Assembly (NCBI GenBank): GCA_964386905.1
Contig: CAYLUP010000002.1
Location: forward strand, 64,522-128,521
Length of the DNA stretch: 64,000 nucleotides
Source of the DNA: an uncultured Candidatus Saccharibacteria bacterium
GTDB taxonomy: Bacteria > Patescibacteriota > Minisyncoccia > Phycocordibacterales > UBA6899
Reading direction: 5' to 3'
Positions within the stretch are counted from its first letter, which is position 1; the number at the start of each line of letters is the position of its first letter. Position numbers and translations under genes: made by a program. Under the pieces are notes generated by a model. It did no database searches, was not told the origin of the DNA, and saw only the letters and a list, made by a program, of their open reading frames with translations. Positions 45,705-57,300 of this stretch are shown here, piece after piece.

Positions 45705-46424
45705 ATGGAACAATTGAATGACCTTACTCTTGCAAAGATTGGGCAATCTTGCATTTTGGAAATCCCTGGTGATGCGCATCTTGCGGTAGCATCGTATGTT
45801 CGAAAACATCTTTTAGGAGGACACGACATGCTCTCGGAACTGCACGCAACAACATTTCTCATTGAGCATGCACGACAGTTGAAAGAGATTGATTCACGCA
45901 TAAATAAAGGAGAGCATATTATCCTTGTATCGTTTGATAAAATCGTTGAAGCCGCTCAGCATGCATTACTGAAAACAATAGAAGAACCAAAAGAAAAGAC
46001 ACACATTCTTTTTGTAGTAAGAAACAAGGATGTCTTTTTGCCGACAATACTATCTCGCGCACCTGCATATCATCTGCTTTCTGTGTCGCCTCGGCTTCTT
46101 TCCCTTGATCCTGAAACATATCTTTCAGCATCATTTTCTGAGCGCCTCGAGTATCTTTCGCCACTCCTAGACACTGCTCGCGGCGACGAAGGTGAAGAGC
46201 GAGATTCTGCTCGGAGAGAACTTCTAGCGTTTTTAGAGAGTCTCCTTGAGTGCTTGGCGTCCCGTGGATTCCAGCGCGAAGAAAGTTGGCAACAGGTGAT
46301 GCGGCTACTTTTTGAAGCAGAGCGAGACATGCAAGACATCTCTCCATCTTTAAAGATGATTTTTGAGCATCTTTCACTTCGACTCCCACAAGTGTCTCCT
46401 GCTGGAAAGTCGCAGAAAATTTGA
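45705..46424 (+). CDS. holB: DNA polymerase III delta-prime-like protein (truncated CPR type)
   Basis: AQHALLKTIEEP, FLPTILSR. Confidence 0.75.
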   Translation: MEQLNDLTLAKIGQSCILEIPGDAHLAVASYVRKHLLGGHDMLSELHATTFLIEHARQLKEIDSRINKGEHIILVSFDKIVEAAQHALLKTIEEPKEKTHILFVVRNKDVFLPTILSRAPAYHLLSVSPRLLSLDPETYLSASFSERLEYLSPLLDTARGDEGEERDSARRELLAFLESLLECLASRGFQREESWQQVMRLLFEAERDMQDISPSLKMIFEHLSLRLPQVSPAGKSQKI

Positions 46425-46438
46425 TATACTTTCTCTAT

Positions 46439-46993
46439 ATGGCATACGATTTCACAATATTTCAGAATGCAGTATCAGAAGCAGAAGATTGGCTTAAAAA
46501 AGAGCTCTCCTTACTTCGGACGGGGCGCGCAACCACTGCTGTGCTTGATTCTATCCATGTTGAGTCTTATGGGTCAATGAGTCCAATTGCACACGTTGCA
46601 ACAATTACAATGGAAGATTCGCGAACTATTCGCGTCTCTCCGTGGGATAAGTCTCAGGTAAAAAATATCGATCAGGCAATCCAGAAAGCAAATCTTGGAC
46701 TATCTGTCAGTGCTGATGATGCTGGTCTCCGAGTAATCTTTCCAGAACTCACAGGGGAAAGAAGGCAGCAAGTCATTAAGCTATTGCGCGAGCGACTTGA
46801 AGATGCAAAAATTACCATGCGCAAAGCGCGGGAGCAGATTATTGCTGATATGAAGACAAAAGAGAAGGATGGAGAAATATCTGAAGATGAGCATTTCAAG
46901 GCAAAAGAAGACCTCCAAAAGCTCGTTGATGCTGCAAATGCTGCCTTTGAAGCCATGGCCGAGAAGAAGGAAAAAGATATTCTCACACAATAA
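46439..46993 (+). CDS. frr: Ribosome recycling factor
   Basis: LRTGRA, V.SYG, PWDKS, FPELTGERR. Confidence 0.97.
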   Translation: MAYDFTIFQNAVSEAEDWLKKELSLLRTGRATTAVLDSIHVESYGSMSPIAHVATITMEDSRTIRVSPWDKSQVKNIDQAIQKANLGLSVSADDAGLRVIFPELTGERRQQVIKLLRERLEDAKITMRKAREQIIADMKTKEKDGEISEDEHFKAKEDLQKLVDAANAAFEAMAEKKEKDILTQ

Positions 46994-47034
46994 TTTATTC
47001 GAAGTGCCTCAGGTGCGAGGTACTTTTTATCATC

Positions 47035-48135
47035 ATGTTTATGTCAATTCTTATTTTCATTGTTATACTCCTCGTTCTTGTTCTTGCTCATGAGTTTGGA
47101 CATTTCATTATTGCAAAGAAGTCTGGGGCACGCGTTGATGAATTTGCTTTCGGCTTTCCACCAAAAATATTTTCAAAAAAGTATGGGGAAACGACATACG
47201 TTCTAAACGCTTTACCGATAGGTGGATATGTAAAGATCCATGGTGAAGATGCATCAGAAAAAGAATTAGATGAACAAAGAAGTCTCACTCATAAGCCTCG
47301 ATATGTACAAGCGGCAGTCATTCTTGGAGGTATCATTGCAAATATCCTGGTTGCGTGGATCCTCTTTTCGATCATTTTGATGATGGGTATGCAAACAAGT
47401 GTTGGAGCTCATCGTTTTGGAGAACTTCGTGATCCAAAAATTATCGTCACAGATGTCATACCAGAAAGTCCTGCTGCACAAGCAGGAATACTTCCAGGCG
47501 ATCGCCTTATTTCCGTTAGGTCCCTTCTTGATTCTCGCGCATCATCCCCATTGAACGATGTCTCAGATTTATCTGCATACATTTCCGAACAAGGTGGTGT
47601 CCCCGTGGTTCTTACGTCAGAGAGGCAAGGTGTTGTTATGAATAGTGAAATTACTCCACGCATTCTTGACACAACAGAGAGATTTTTGATCGGTGTTGCT
47701 ATGGACAAGGCAGGTGAGTTGAAGTTGCCTGTGCATCTGGCGATTGTGGAAGGCGCAATAAAAACGACAGATTATTTTATCGCAACAGCAGTCGGTATTT
47801 ATCATTTTATTGCTTCTGCAATAGTCGGTGAGGGGAGTATGAGTGAAGTGAGTGGGCCAGTTGGTATTGTACAGGCGGTTGGTAGTGCAGCATCGCTTGG
47901 TTTTACACATATTCTCTTATTTACCGCACTGATTTCTTTGAACCTCGCAGTTATCAACCTTGTTCCATTTCCGGCGCTTGACGGCGGGAGGTTTCTCTTT
48001 ATTTTGATTGAAAGTGTTACCCGAAAGAAGCTTCCTGCTTCAGTGACGACTTGGGCAAACTTTATCGGTTTCGCCTTACTGATGCTTCTGATGGTTGTTG
48101 TGACCTACCATGATGTCTTGAAGATGTTGAAATAA
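47035..48135 (+). CDS. rseP: RIP metalloprotease RseP (site-2 protease with PDZ domain)
   Basis: HEFGH, FGFPP, PIGGYV, SPAAQAGI..GD, NLVPFPALDGG. Confidence 0.96.
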   Translation: MFMSILIFIVILLVLVLAHEFGHFIIAKKSGARVDEFAFGFPPKIFSKKYGETTYVLNALPIGGYVKIHGEDASEKELDEQRSLTHKPRYVQAAVILGGIIANILVAWILFSIILMMGMQTSVGAHRFGELRDPKIIVTDVIPESPAAQAGILPGDRLISVRSLLDSRASSPLNDVSDLSAYISEQGGVPVVLTSERQGVVMNSEITPRILDTTERFLIGVAMDKAGELKLPVHLAIVEGAIKTTDYFIATAVGIYHFIASAIVGEGSMSEVSGPVGIVQAVGSAASLGFTHILLFTALISLNLAVINLVPFPALDGGRFLFILIESVTRKKLPASVTTWANFIGFALLMLLMVVVTYHDVLKMLK

Positions 48136-48313
48136 CCCCATGTTTTTGGGGTTATTTTTTTTAGAGAGAGAGTCACTTGTACAAAGAATTTTTACTGCTT
48201 CTGTGGATAGTATGGGAATATTCAGTATAATGGCTTTGTTGAGCTGTATAATTGGTACTCTTTCTGTGTAAAAATACACACAATTTTAGGAAAATGATGG
48301 TAAAATAGTTCTA

Positions 48314-51300
48314 ATGACCAAAACCTCGTGGAGGAACTGGTTTTCACGTTGCGTACGCAGGGTATTTTTCTCTTTGCGTGGCTTTTTCGTTGGGGCTCAG
48401 AATCATTCTGTCGTGCGTTTTGGTAGGAGGATTTGGGCACTTTTTCAGCAGTCGTTCCGAATGATTTCGACACAGAAGCGCTCAAAAATGGTGTGGATGT
48501 CTACTGCTGCTTTTGTGATTTTTCTTTCTGCAACAATGACCGTTTTTGCTTTGCGAGCGAAGGCGGAAAAAGAAGTTCACGCCTATATCAGTCCTTCGTA
48601 CGTGACCGGTGAGGGTTTTGAAAGAGTAGAAGCTGCACTTGTTCAGGATTTTTCTGTTGATGCGCGATTTTCTGATTTCACACCAGAATATGTTGCACGT
48701 GTCGCATTTGGCTCCTTTGCACAAACCGTAGAGGAGAGTGTTCAGGAGGAATTGCTTTCAAGCACAACAACGCCATCCGCAACGACGACAGAAAGCACGA
48801 GCGGTGCACCTGCAGATACTGGTGTTGTTCCTGCTGAAACAACGAGTGTTTCTGAGTCTTCGACCGTCCCAGCTTCAGAAGAAAGTTCTTCTGCGCCTTC
48901 TTTGGAAAATCCCATTGAAACAAATGGTGCTCAATCTGCACCAGAAGCACCGTCAACCGAACCGCTTTCATTTTTGCGTAGTATTGTTTCTCCAAAGACT
49001 ATCTTGGCTCAAGAGACACCAGAGAGTGCTCCTGTCTCTGTTGCCGAAGATACTCCTGAATCAACTCTCGTTGTCGAAGGAGTTGAAGCGGTGACTGCGC
49101 CTGTTCAAGATGACAACACTTTTTCGGTGGATGCGACTTCATCAGCAACAATTGTTTCTGATACGGTAAAAGAAGAAAAAGAAAATCGTGATCCATATGC
49201 GATTGCCTCGTGCTCTGTATTTTCTAAACCATGCCACATGGCTGTGTTTGAGGGCTTTGGAGTTGGCACGGAACTTTCTCAGTATCCTGTGAGAAATGCT
49301 GAGGTTGTATTTTCTGTTGCCGCAAAATCACTTCCAACAGAACAACACGATCGCCTTCTTGTCCGCGCGTATAAAAATGGTCGTTGGGTATTTTTGGGTG
49401 AGCATGTCGTTCGTGGTGAGACAGATAACGCATTTCGAGGAGGATATTTACGATTCCCACTTGAATTATCTTCATGGTCAGACTTGTCGGACATGATCGT
49501 AGTTGCTGAATATGTCCGTGAAGGCGAATCTGATTCAACTCTGTTGCTTGATGCTGCATGGGTGGACGTTGGTTTTGAGGCGGCAGAATCACCGGATGAT
49601 CTTGCATTGTTCTCTCCAAATGTAAAAAGCGCGTTGCTTTCTCGCGACGCAGAGCGTCGTGCAAAGGAGCGAGATACGCTTGATGTCGGTGCAGGTGCTG
49701 TTGTGCATTTTGAGAACACTATTTCTGATCTTCCGAGTGCAAAACTCCGCGTGGCAACAACGAAGGAAAAACATGCAGTTTTGGGAACAGGAGAAGAGTA
49801 TGTCGCGGTGACCAATTTTAGTAATGCAACCGAACAGGTGCGTTTGTCCTTTTTCTTCCCAGACGGAAATGGTCGAGTGACCTCACTTTCGAAATATGTT
49901 CATAATGCGCCGGTAAAAAATGTTGAGACAGAGGTGACTCCTATTGCATATGTGTGTGAGTCACCTTGGGTAATAGCATCTTCATCCCTCGACGTATCTT
50001 CAAATGAAGATGTTGGGATTTCTGAGTACACATGTCTGCAGACAGAAGAGAAGCGCTCATGTGCATCGCTTTCGGATGATGCAACAAACTGTTACTCAGA
50101 AGTGACGACAATGACTGACGCAAATGCGACCGTTTTCAGACGCGGGTTTTATGTCGATGCGATCACCGGGGGTCCGTTCTCTGATGAACAGAGCATATTT
50201 GGAAAGGCACTCAGTGCTTTGCTTCTTGATATGCCAGAAGGAATTATTCCATCATCATCTGCTGAGGTGTCTCATAGCCAGACGTACGATATCGAACCCG
50301 GAGCAACAAAGTATTTTAAATTCGCATACAATGTCCCATTAAATGCACGGAGCGATGTGTACATTCAAGCAGTCTCTTCTGGCGGTGCATATGGACTCTC
50401 AAAAATTGTTGCAGATGGATCATGGAACTGGAGGGTCCCTGTGGATGTCGGACTTCCATACGCAACGTTTGGAGAGGAGGCTGTTGTGCCGATTTCTTTG
50501 GATCGTATGCCTCAAGAGTTTTGGACAACGGTACATGAAGATGGCTTAGATATTCGTGTATCTGATGAGCGTGGCGTTGTTGAGCTCCCATCATGGGTAT
50601 CGGAGTTCAATTTTGCGCAACGGAAAGGGCTTGTATGGGTGCGATTGCCACATGGTTCTGGGGTCATGCCTCGCGTCTATCTCTATGCAGGGAACTCTGA
50701 AGCAGCCTCGAAGATGGCTCCAGAAAAACCTTTTCTTTCATCCAGTCTCATTGAGAGGGCCGTTGTGATGTCAGAAGACGAAGAGGTGTCTTCGGTGAAG
50801 ATCACTGCGCTTGCTGATGATACGCGTGTCCGCGTCGGAGATGCTGCGGAAAAGAATCTTGTGTACGGTGAGACTGTTCTTTATGAACATGTTCCTCACG
50901 GTGCACTCGTCTATGCAAATGGTCCAGTTGCTGTCCATGCGCTATCGTTGTCGTCTCGTGCCATTGCATTACCTTTTGGTGTGGCAGGGAACGAGTTCGG
51001 TATTGCGGAGAAGTATGGTGAGTTTTATGTTGCATCGACACGTCCAGAGGAATCAGCGCTTTCTCTTGATCAGAACGAAGAGGTACTTGTCCCATACGGT
51101 CTGACACATTTCTCAGAACACGAAAGTTCTGCTTTTTCGGTACGTCTTCCTTCTGTTGCCGCGTTGTTTGATGAACAAGAAATTCTCCCTCTTCTCTCGA
51201 GGACATCTGACGAGAGGTTGCGTTTTTCTGCTTCTGCTCTGCTCGATCAAAAGGCTGATGCTGTTCGTGCTGTTTGTCCGAATGGGTATGCATACGGCGT

Positions 51301-54300
51301 ATTTGACGTCTCTGGCGCATCTCTTGCAACGACAACTTGTGGAAATATCCTCAATGGTCCATTTGAACACGGCATGCTCCTTCGTGTTCTTCCGACTGTA
51401 GGAAAAACGTCTCCTGGTGCTCTGTTCTCCTACGTACTCCGAGGGAATGAGTATCCTATGCTTCAGTCTGCTGCGCTTTCGCGTGGGACTGCAGGGTTTG
51501 ATCCAGAGGTTGCTTTTGGAGCACCAGAGTTTGTGGTCCCAGGAGAGCATCGCATATTTGATATTGAAGGAGAGAAAGAGCGTGCGCATGTGAGTCGTTT
51601 TCTGAGTAAACAGCGAGAATTTGCTGCTGAAGAAAATCCAACATTCCGTTTTCAATATGTTCCTCAGTCAGGAGGGTTTTTCCGTACTCTCCGCTCTTTG
51701 GTTGGTGCAGCTCCTTTTGCAATTACGAATGTCTCGGTAGAGCAAGCGGGCGCAGTGCTCCCAATCACCCCTGTTGTTTCTTATGGGTCATCTCTTGAGT
51801 GGACGGTGACTATTGACAAGAAAGAAGCAACAAAGATTGTTCCTGGGAAATTACTTCTACGGATGACGATTAAAGAAGGCGGTCAGACCTACGAAGATGT
51901 GTATGATTTTTATTGGGGACTTCTTGCGGTGAATTTCAATAAAGCAACATACGAGCAAGGAGAGATAGCAGACATCTGGTTGGGGGCATTGTCAGAAACA
52001 GGAAACACTGTCTGTGATGCAAAACTCAAAATCTTCATCACTGATACTGCGAGTTCGACTGTTGAAGTTCCCGTAGTGCAGTCGGGAAAGTGTGATGGTA
52101 ATTCCGTTGTTGATGTTCCGGATTATTCCGCGTCATATCCCGTAGTTGATGTTGGCGTCCATTCTGTGCGCGTATTGCGTCTTGATGAACAAGATAATGT
52201 TATTGCAGAAGTGCGAAGTCACTTTAATGCCGTGTCCCGTTCTCCTTTTGTCATTGAGAGAAAGGGCCCAACGCGTATTAATCCGACCGCTCCCTACAGC
52301 ATGACGCTTCGCGTATTTGCACGTGAAGCTTATGAGGGGCAAATTGTTGAGCAGATTCCTGCTGATTTTGAGGTACTTGAAAGAGGTGGATCGACGTTGC
52401 GCTGGAAGGACGATTCTCAACAAATTAAAGAAGCGGTATGGTCTGTCAAGATGAAAGCTGGGGAAATCTATCAGTTTACCTATACGTTTGATGCTGCTGA
52501 CAAATCGCCGTACATCTATTTCCTCGGCCCTGCTCGTATTGGTGATACAGATTCGTTGTATATTGAGCCTCGTGAGTGGCAAATTGCATCTGACGTCGCA
52601 GGAAACATGCTCATCTACTGGGATGGTGGAACGACTCCACCAGGGTGGACATGTGTATCGTGTCTCGGCACTGATCCGTTCTATCAACGGTACCCAATGG
52701 GATCATCAACTCCGAGCATTAATGGTGGCGCAACAACACATACCCATACGTTTACGACATCGGTCAGTTCTGCGATTTACTCAACGTCAATTTTGGTGAA
52801 TACGGGAATTCCAGCAACATTGGTGTATAAGGACCACACACATGCGTTTACTCCGACATTTGCCACAGGCTCAAATCTTCCACCATCCATGTCTTTGCGC
52901 ATCTTGCGAGCGAACGCAGTGGGTGATGTTCCTATTCCGCAAAATGCAATTGTGATGTTTGAATCTACTCCTCCGTCTGGATGGACAACATATAGTACGT
53001 TGGATGGAAATTTCCCATATGGTGATTCTGGTATTTTCAATACGCAAGGAAGTGCGACTCATAGCCATGCACTTTCTGGCACACTTGGTACATATAGTGG
53101 AGGTTCGCTCTATCGCAGTACAACTTTTGGAATATACCCGAAGGTTGCGAATACTACTCACGGACATGCAGTCACAGCAACATCAACGAACACAATTTCA
53201 AATGACCCTCCATACGTGACATACATGCTCGGAAAAGCAAGCGCTGCAGGGGCACTTCCAAATGGAGCGATTACGATGTGGGATAACGACCCTGCTTCTG
53301 GATGGGTGCATTTGTCTGTCGATGGTGCGGTAATGAGTAATCGTTTTGTGAAGGCGATGAGTTCTGCAGGTGCAACGGGAGGGTTATCACATCACGAGCA
53401 TACAGATACGACCAATATCCCAACTGGAGCATCGAATTCAAATACAAGTTCTGCATCACTTTCTGGATCTTTTGGATCAAATCCAAATCATACACATACT
53501 GTTGACTATACCCTCTTTTCTGATGCAGTTACCCTTCCTCCATATCGTACGGTTGTCTTTGCAAAAAGAAGTGTTGGCGTGCCAGAATTTACACAAACAG
53601 CTTTCCGGTTTTACGATAATGTAAATGACCCACTTCCAGTTGATCCATGGCCAGCTGGTGCTGTAGATGTTGCAGAAGGGATGTCTATTGAAGATGTTGC
53701 TTATCGCATTAAGCCTGGTTCGACATTCAGACTTCGCGTCTCTGCACAAATCTCTAATGCAACAGCAACTGCAAGCACAACACCACTCAAACTTCAGTAT
53801 TCTACTGATGGGGCATGTTCTACTGCGCTCAACTGGAATGATGTTGGTACTCCTGGCGGCTCAGCTCCGCTTCGTGGATACGATAATACTCTTGTGTCAC
53901 AAGGCACTCAGTTGGCTAGTGTTGTATTGGCTTCAAGCACTTTGTCATCGGTGCAGTTCTATAGTGAATCTTCGTCAGCACAAGCATTCACACAGGATGC
54001 AGGAATTGGGACATATGCTGAGTTCGATTGGGTCTTGCAGGCAGGAACAAGTCTTGCATCATCTTCTCGATATTGTTTGCGTATGGTTGAGGGGAGTGGA
54101 AAAGTTTTCGGTCAATACAGCGCATTTCCAAGTTTTCTCTCAAATAGCGCGCCAATTGCTCCCGTGCTTCAGACACAATTTAATCATGCGAAGATCCTGA
54201 CGTTAACTCCGACGTTGACATTTGCAGCCTCGGATGAGGAGGGGAACCCAATGCACTATGCGATTGAAATTGACGATGATCCAAATTTTGGATCACCAGT

Positions 54301-57300
54301 CGTCTCGCATTCGACAACAAATAACTCAGCATATTTCAGCAACCTGACAACGCTAAGTAACAAAGCACCATATAACAACGCAGATACAATTCAGTACACT
54401 GTGCAGAATGGTGCGCTTGCGAATAATACAACGTATTGGTGGAGGGTTCGTGCGATGGATCCTACAGGCAGTACACAGTATGGGTTGTGGTCTAGCGCAC
54501 GTGCTTTTACAACGGACACTTCTCTCGCGACGTCGGCATGGTTCCAGACAACAGATGCACAGTTTGTACAAAATACGCTCGAGAATATTACTATTTCAGG
54601 AAATGCTGCACGGCTGACAGGGGGTCAAACCTCTGGCACGATGTATTCTCCTTCGATCGTCTTTAATGCGGGTCCAATGGGAACCGTATGGGGGAGTTTG
54701 CTCTTTACCGATGATGGGGGAGCTGGAATTACATACCAAGTTGAATACCAGGATGAGCAGCAGAACTGGGTTCTTATTCCAGACACTGCGTTATCTGGAA
54801 ATTCGACTGGGTTCGGAAGTTCCCCTGTGTCTCTTACAAGTGTTGACCCACAGTTTTATCCAGCAATTCGCCTGCGTGCAAATTTCACAAATAGTGGAAC
54901 GCCAGTACTTTCTGATTGGGGCGTGAATTGGGCATACAAAACACTTGCTCCAATCCTTTCATCACCATTCAATCATGCAAAGGTGAGTACAACTACACCA
55001 GCATTACTCTTTGCATCGACAGATCCATTGAATCGTCCAGTAACATACGAGGTACAGTACTCAACAGACCCGACATTTACCACTTCAACGACCTGTAATA
55101 GCGACTCTTCGTGTACTGCAGGTTTTAAGAATATTGATACCCCAGCAGACACTTCTCCGTTTACATCTGCAGAACGCGTCGAGTTTACCTTCCAAACTCC
55201 ACTAACAAATGGAACGACGTATTTTTACCGTGTTCGTGGATACGGCTTTGGAAGCGGGGCTTGGTCATTCTGGTCTGAAGTACGTGCATTCACTGTAGAT
55301 ACGGCAGCGACGACATACCCAACGTGGTTCCAAACGATGAAGGGACAATGGGATGCTGATACACTTTCTGGAACGTATGCAAACCCTTCTCATAGCGTCG
55401 CTGTTGCAACGACAAGTGATCGCGTGCTGGTGGTATATGGGGACGGCTCCAATAGTAGGCCGAAGTACCGATTTTACGAAAATGGTGTACTCGGCACGGC
55501 AAAGGAGATGCTTTCCATTAACTCGACTGTGCTTTGGGCGGTAGCACGACCCTCACTTGTTAATGACCAGTTTGTGGTTGGAACAATGGGGGCTGACCGT
55601 GATGTGCGATTTCAGGTGTTTGAAAATGGCATTTGGTCACGACTCTTTACTCTGACCGATACATCACCTTCCGACAAGAGGCGAAGTTTTGATGTTGCGT
55701 ATGAATCGCAAAGTGGTCGTGCAGTGGCTGTTGCTTGCAGTGGCACAGATGCAGTCTATGCAATATTTGACGGTTCTACCTGGGGAAGTGTACAGAATCT
55801 CGATTTACCTTTTACAACAAACTGCGAACTGGTAAAGATGGCTTCAAGCCCAACACAGAATCAGATTATTGCGCTCTTCCGCAACACTGGTTCAACATTT
55901 CGTGCAGAGGTATGGAATGGAACTCAGTGGGATAATGGTTCCGCAATGAGTTTCAGCGCTTCCGCACAGATTCAAGAGCCAGCGCACGATGGTATGGCGA
56001 TTGAGTATGAACGAACGAGTGGGAAGGCAGTTGCGGTTGTATCAAATAACACGACGAGAGGATTTCGATATCGTGTATGGAGTGGAAACAACTGGGGTAC
56101 AGAGACCGCGTATGCGCTTCTCGGGGGAAACGATGGAAATAGAACAAATGCGCAATTCGAATGGGGAAATTTGAGACGCAGTCCAACAAGTAATGATTTG
56201 ATGCTTTGTGGCATCTCACAGTATTCTCCGACAGATGATGGTGCATATACGGAATTTGTTCGATGGAATGCAGTAACACCAGCATGGGAGCCAACAACGG
56301 CTTCAAAACTTGGTGAATACTGGCCATATTCTCGCCATGCGCAATCAAATGATTGTGTTTATGAAACGAAATCAGGACGTGCAAACAAACTCGTATATGT
56401 TGCTGATGAATCATGGCAGGTTGCTGACGGAAGTGCCTCATACAATAGAACTATATTTGACGTACTTTCTAATACGACAAATATGGCAAGCGCTTGGCAA
56501 TCTGGAGCATCATATACTACTCGAATTTGGTCTACGTATGCTGCATATCGATGGTATGCGGGAGAGACATGGACATCACGTCTTGAACGAGCATCGTACT
56601 CTGGAGATATTTTAGGGATTTCCTTAATGCGAAATTCTTTGAGCTATATTTTCCGTATGTGGAATGGTTCTGCCTGGTCTTCCGCAATTACGATGGGTGC
56701 ATCTTCTGTAACGACAAAGCCGTATGGTCAGCCGTATGACATGTCTGCGCAGCAAGGACTAACCCAAGGAAAAGTATTTTCATCTCCAATCGTTTTTGCA
56801 GATGGAAATGGTCCTTCATGGAGACAGGCCCGCTTTACCACGACACGACCTGTTGGGACAACGGCATTGATTTCTGTTGAATATGAATCGTCTCCTGGGA
56901 ATTGGGAACGAGTTCCAGATGCGGTTATTCCTGGAAACTCAACAGGAACATCAACAAGCCCGATTGATTTATCTGGCTTGAACTCTTCCGTCTACAGTGT
57001 GATTCGCCTCCGTGCGGATTTAACCTGTAATGGTTTTGCTACATGTCCAACTCTTGATGACTGGACAGTGGAGTGGGCGGCGGGTCTTAATATTTCTGGT
57101 ATTGCACGAGACAATGATCGTACGACTGCACTTACGAGTGGTACGGTAAAGGTCGCCGTAAACGGTGTTGAGCAGGTTGGAAAAACAGGGGCAATTTCTG
57201 GAACAGGAACATGGACAATTTCTGGCGTGAACTACAAGAATGGAGAGACTGTTACTGTGTGGATCGACAATCCAGGAGTAGCAAATCGCGCTGTTTCTGT

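Noticed and set aside
52607-53566. Prophage or contractile injection system
   Set aside because: The tail-fibre-like repeats are internal to a membrane-anchored giant ORF; no capsid, terminase, sheath or baseplate genes are present
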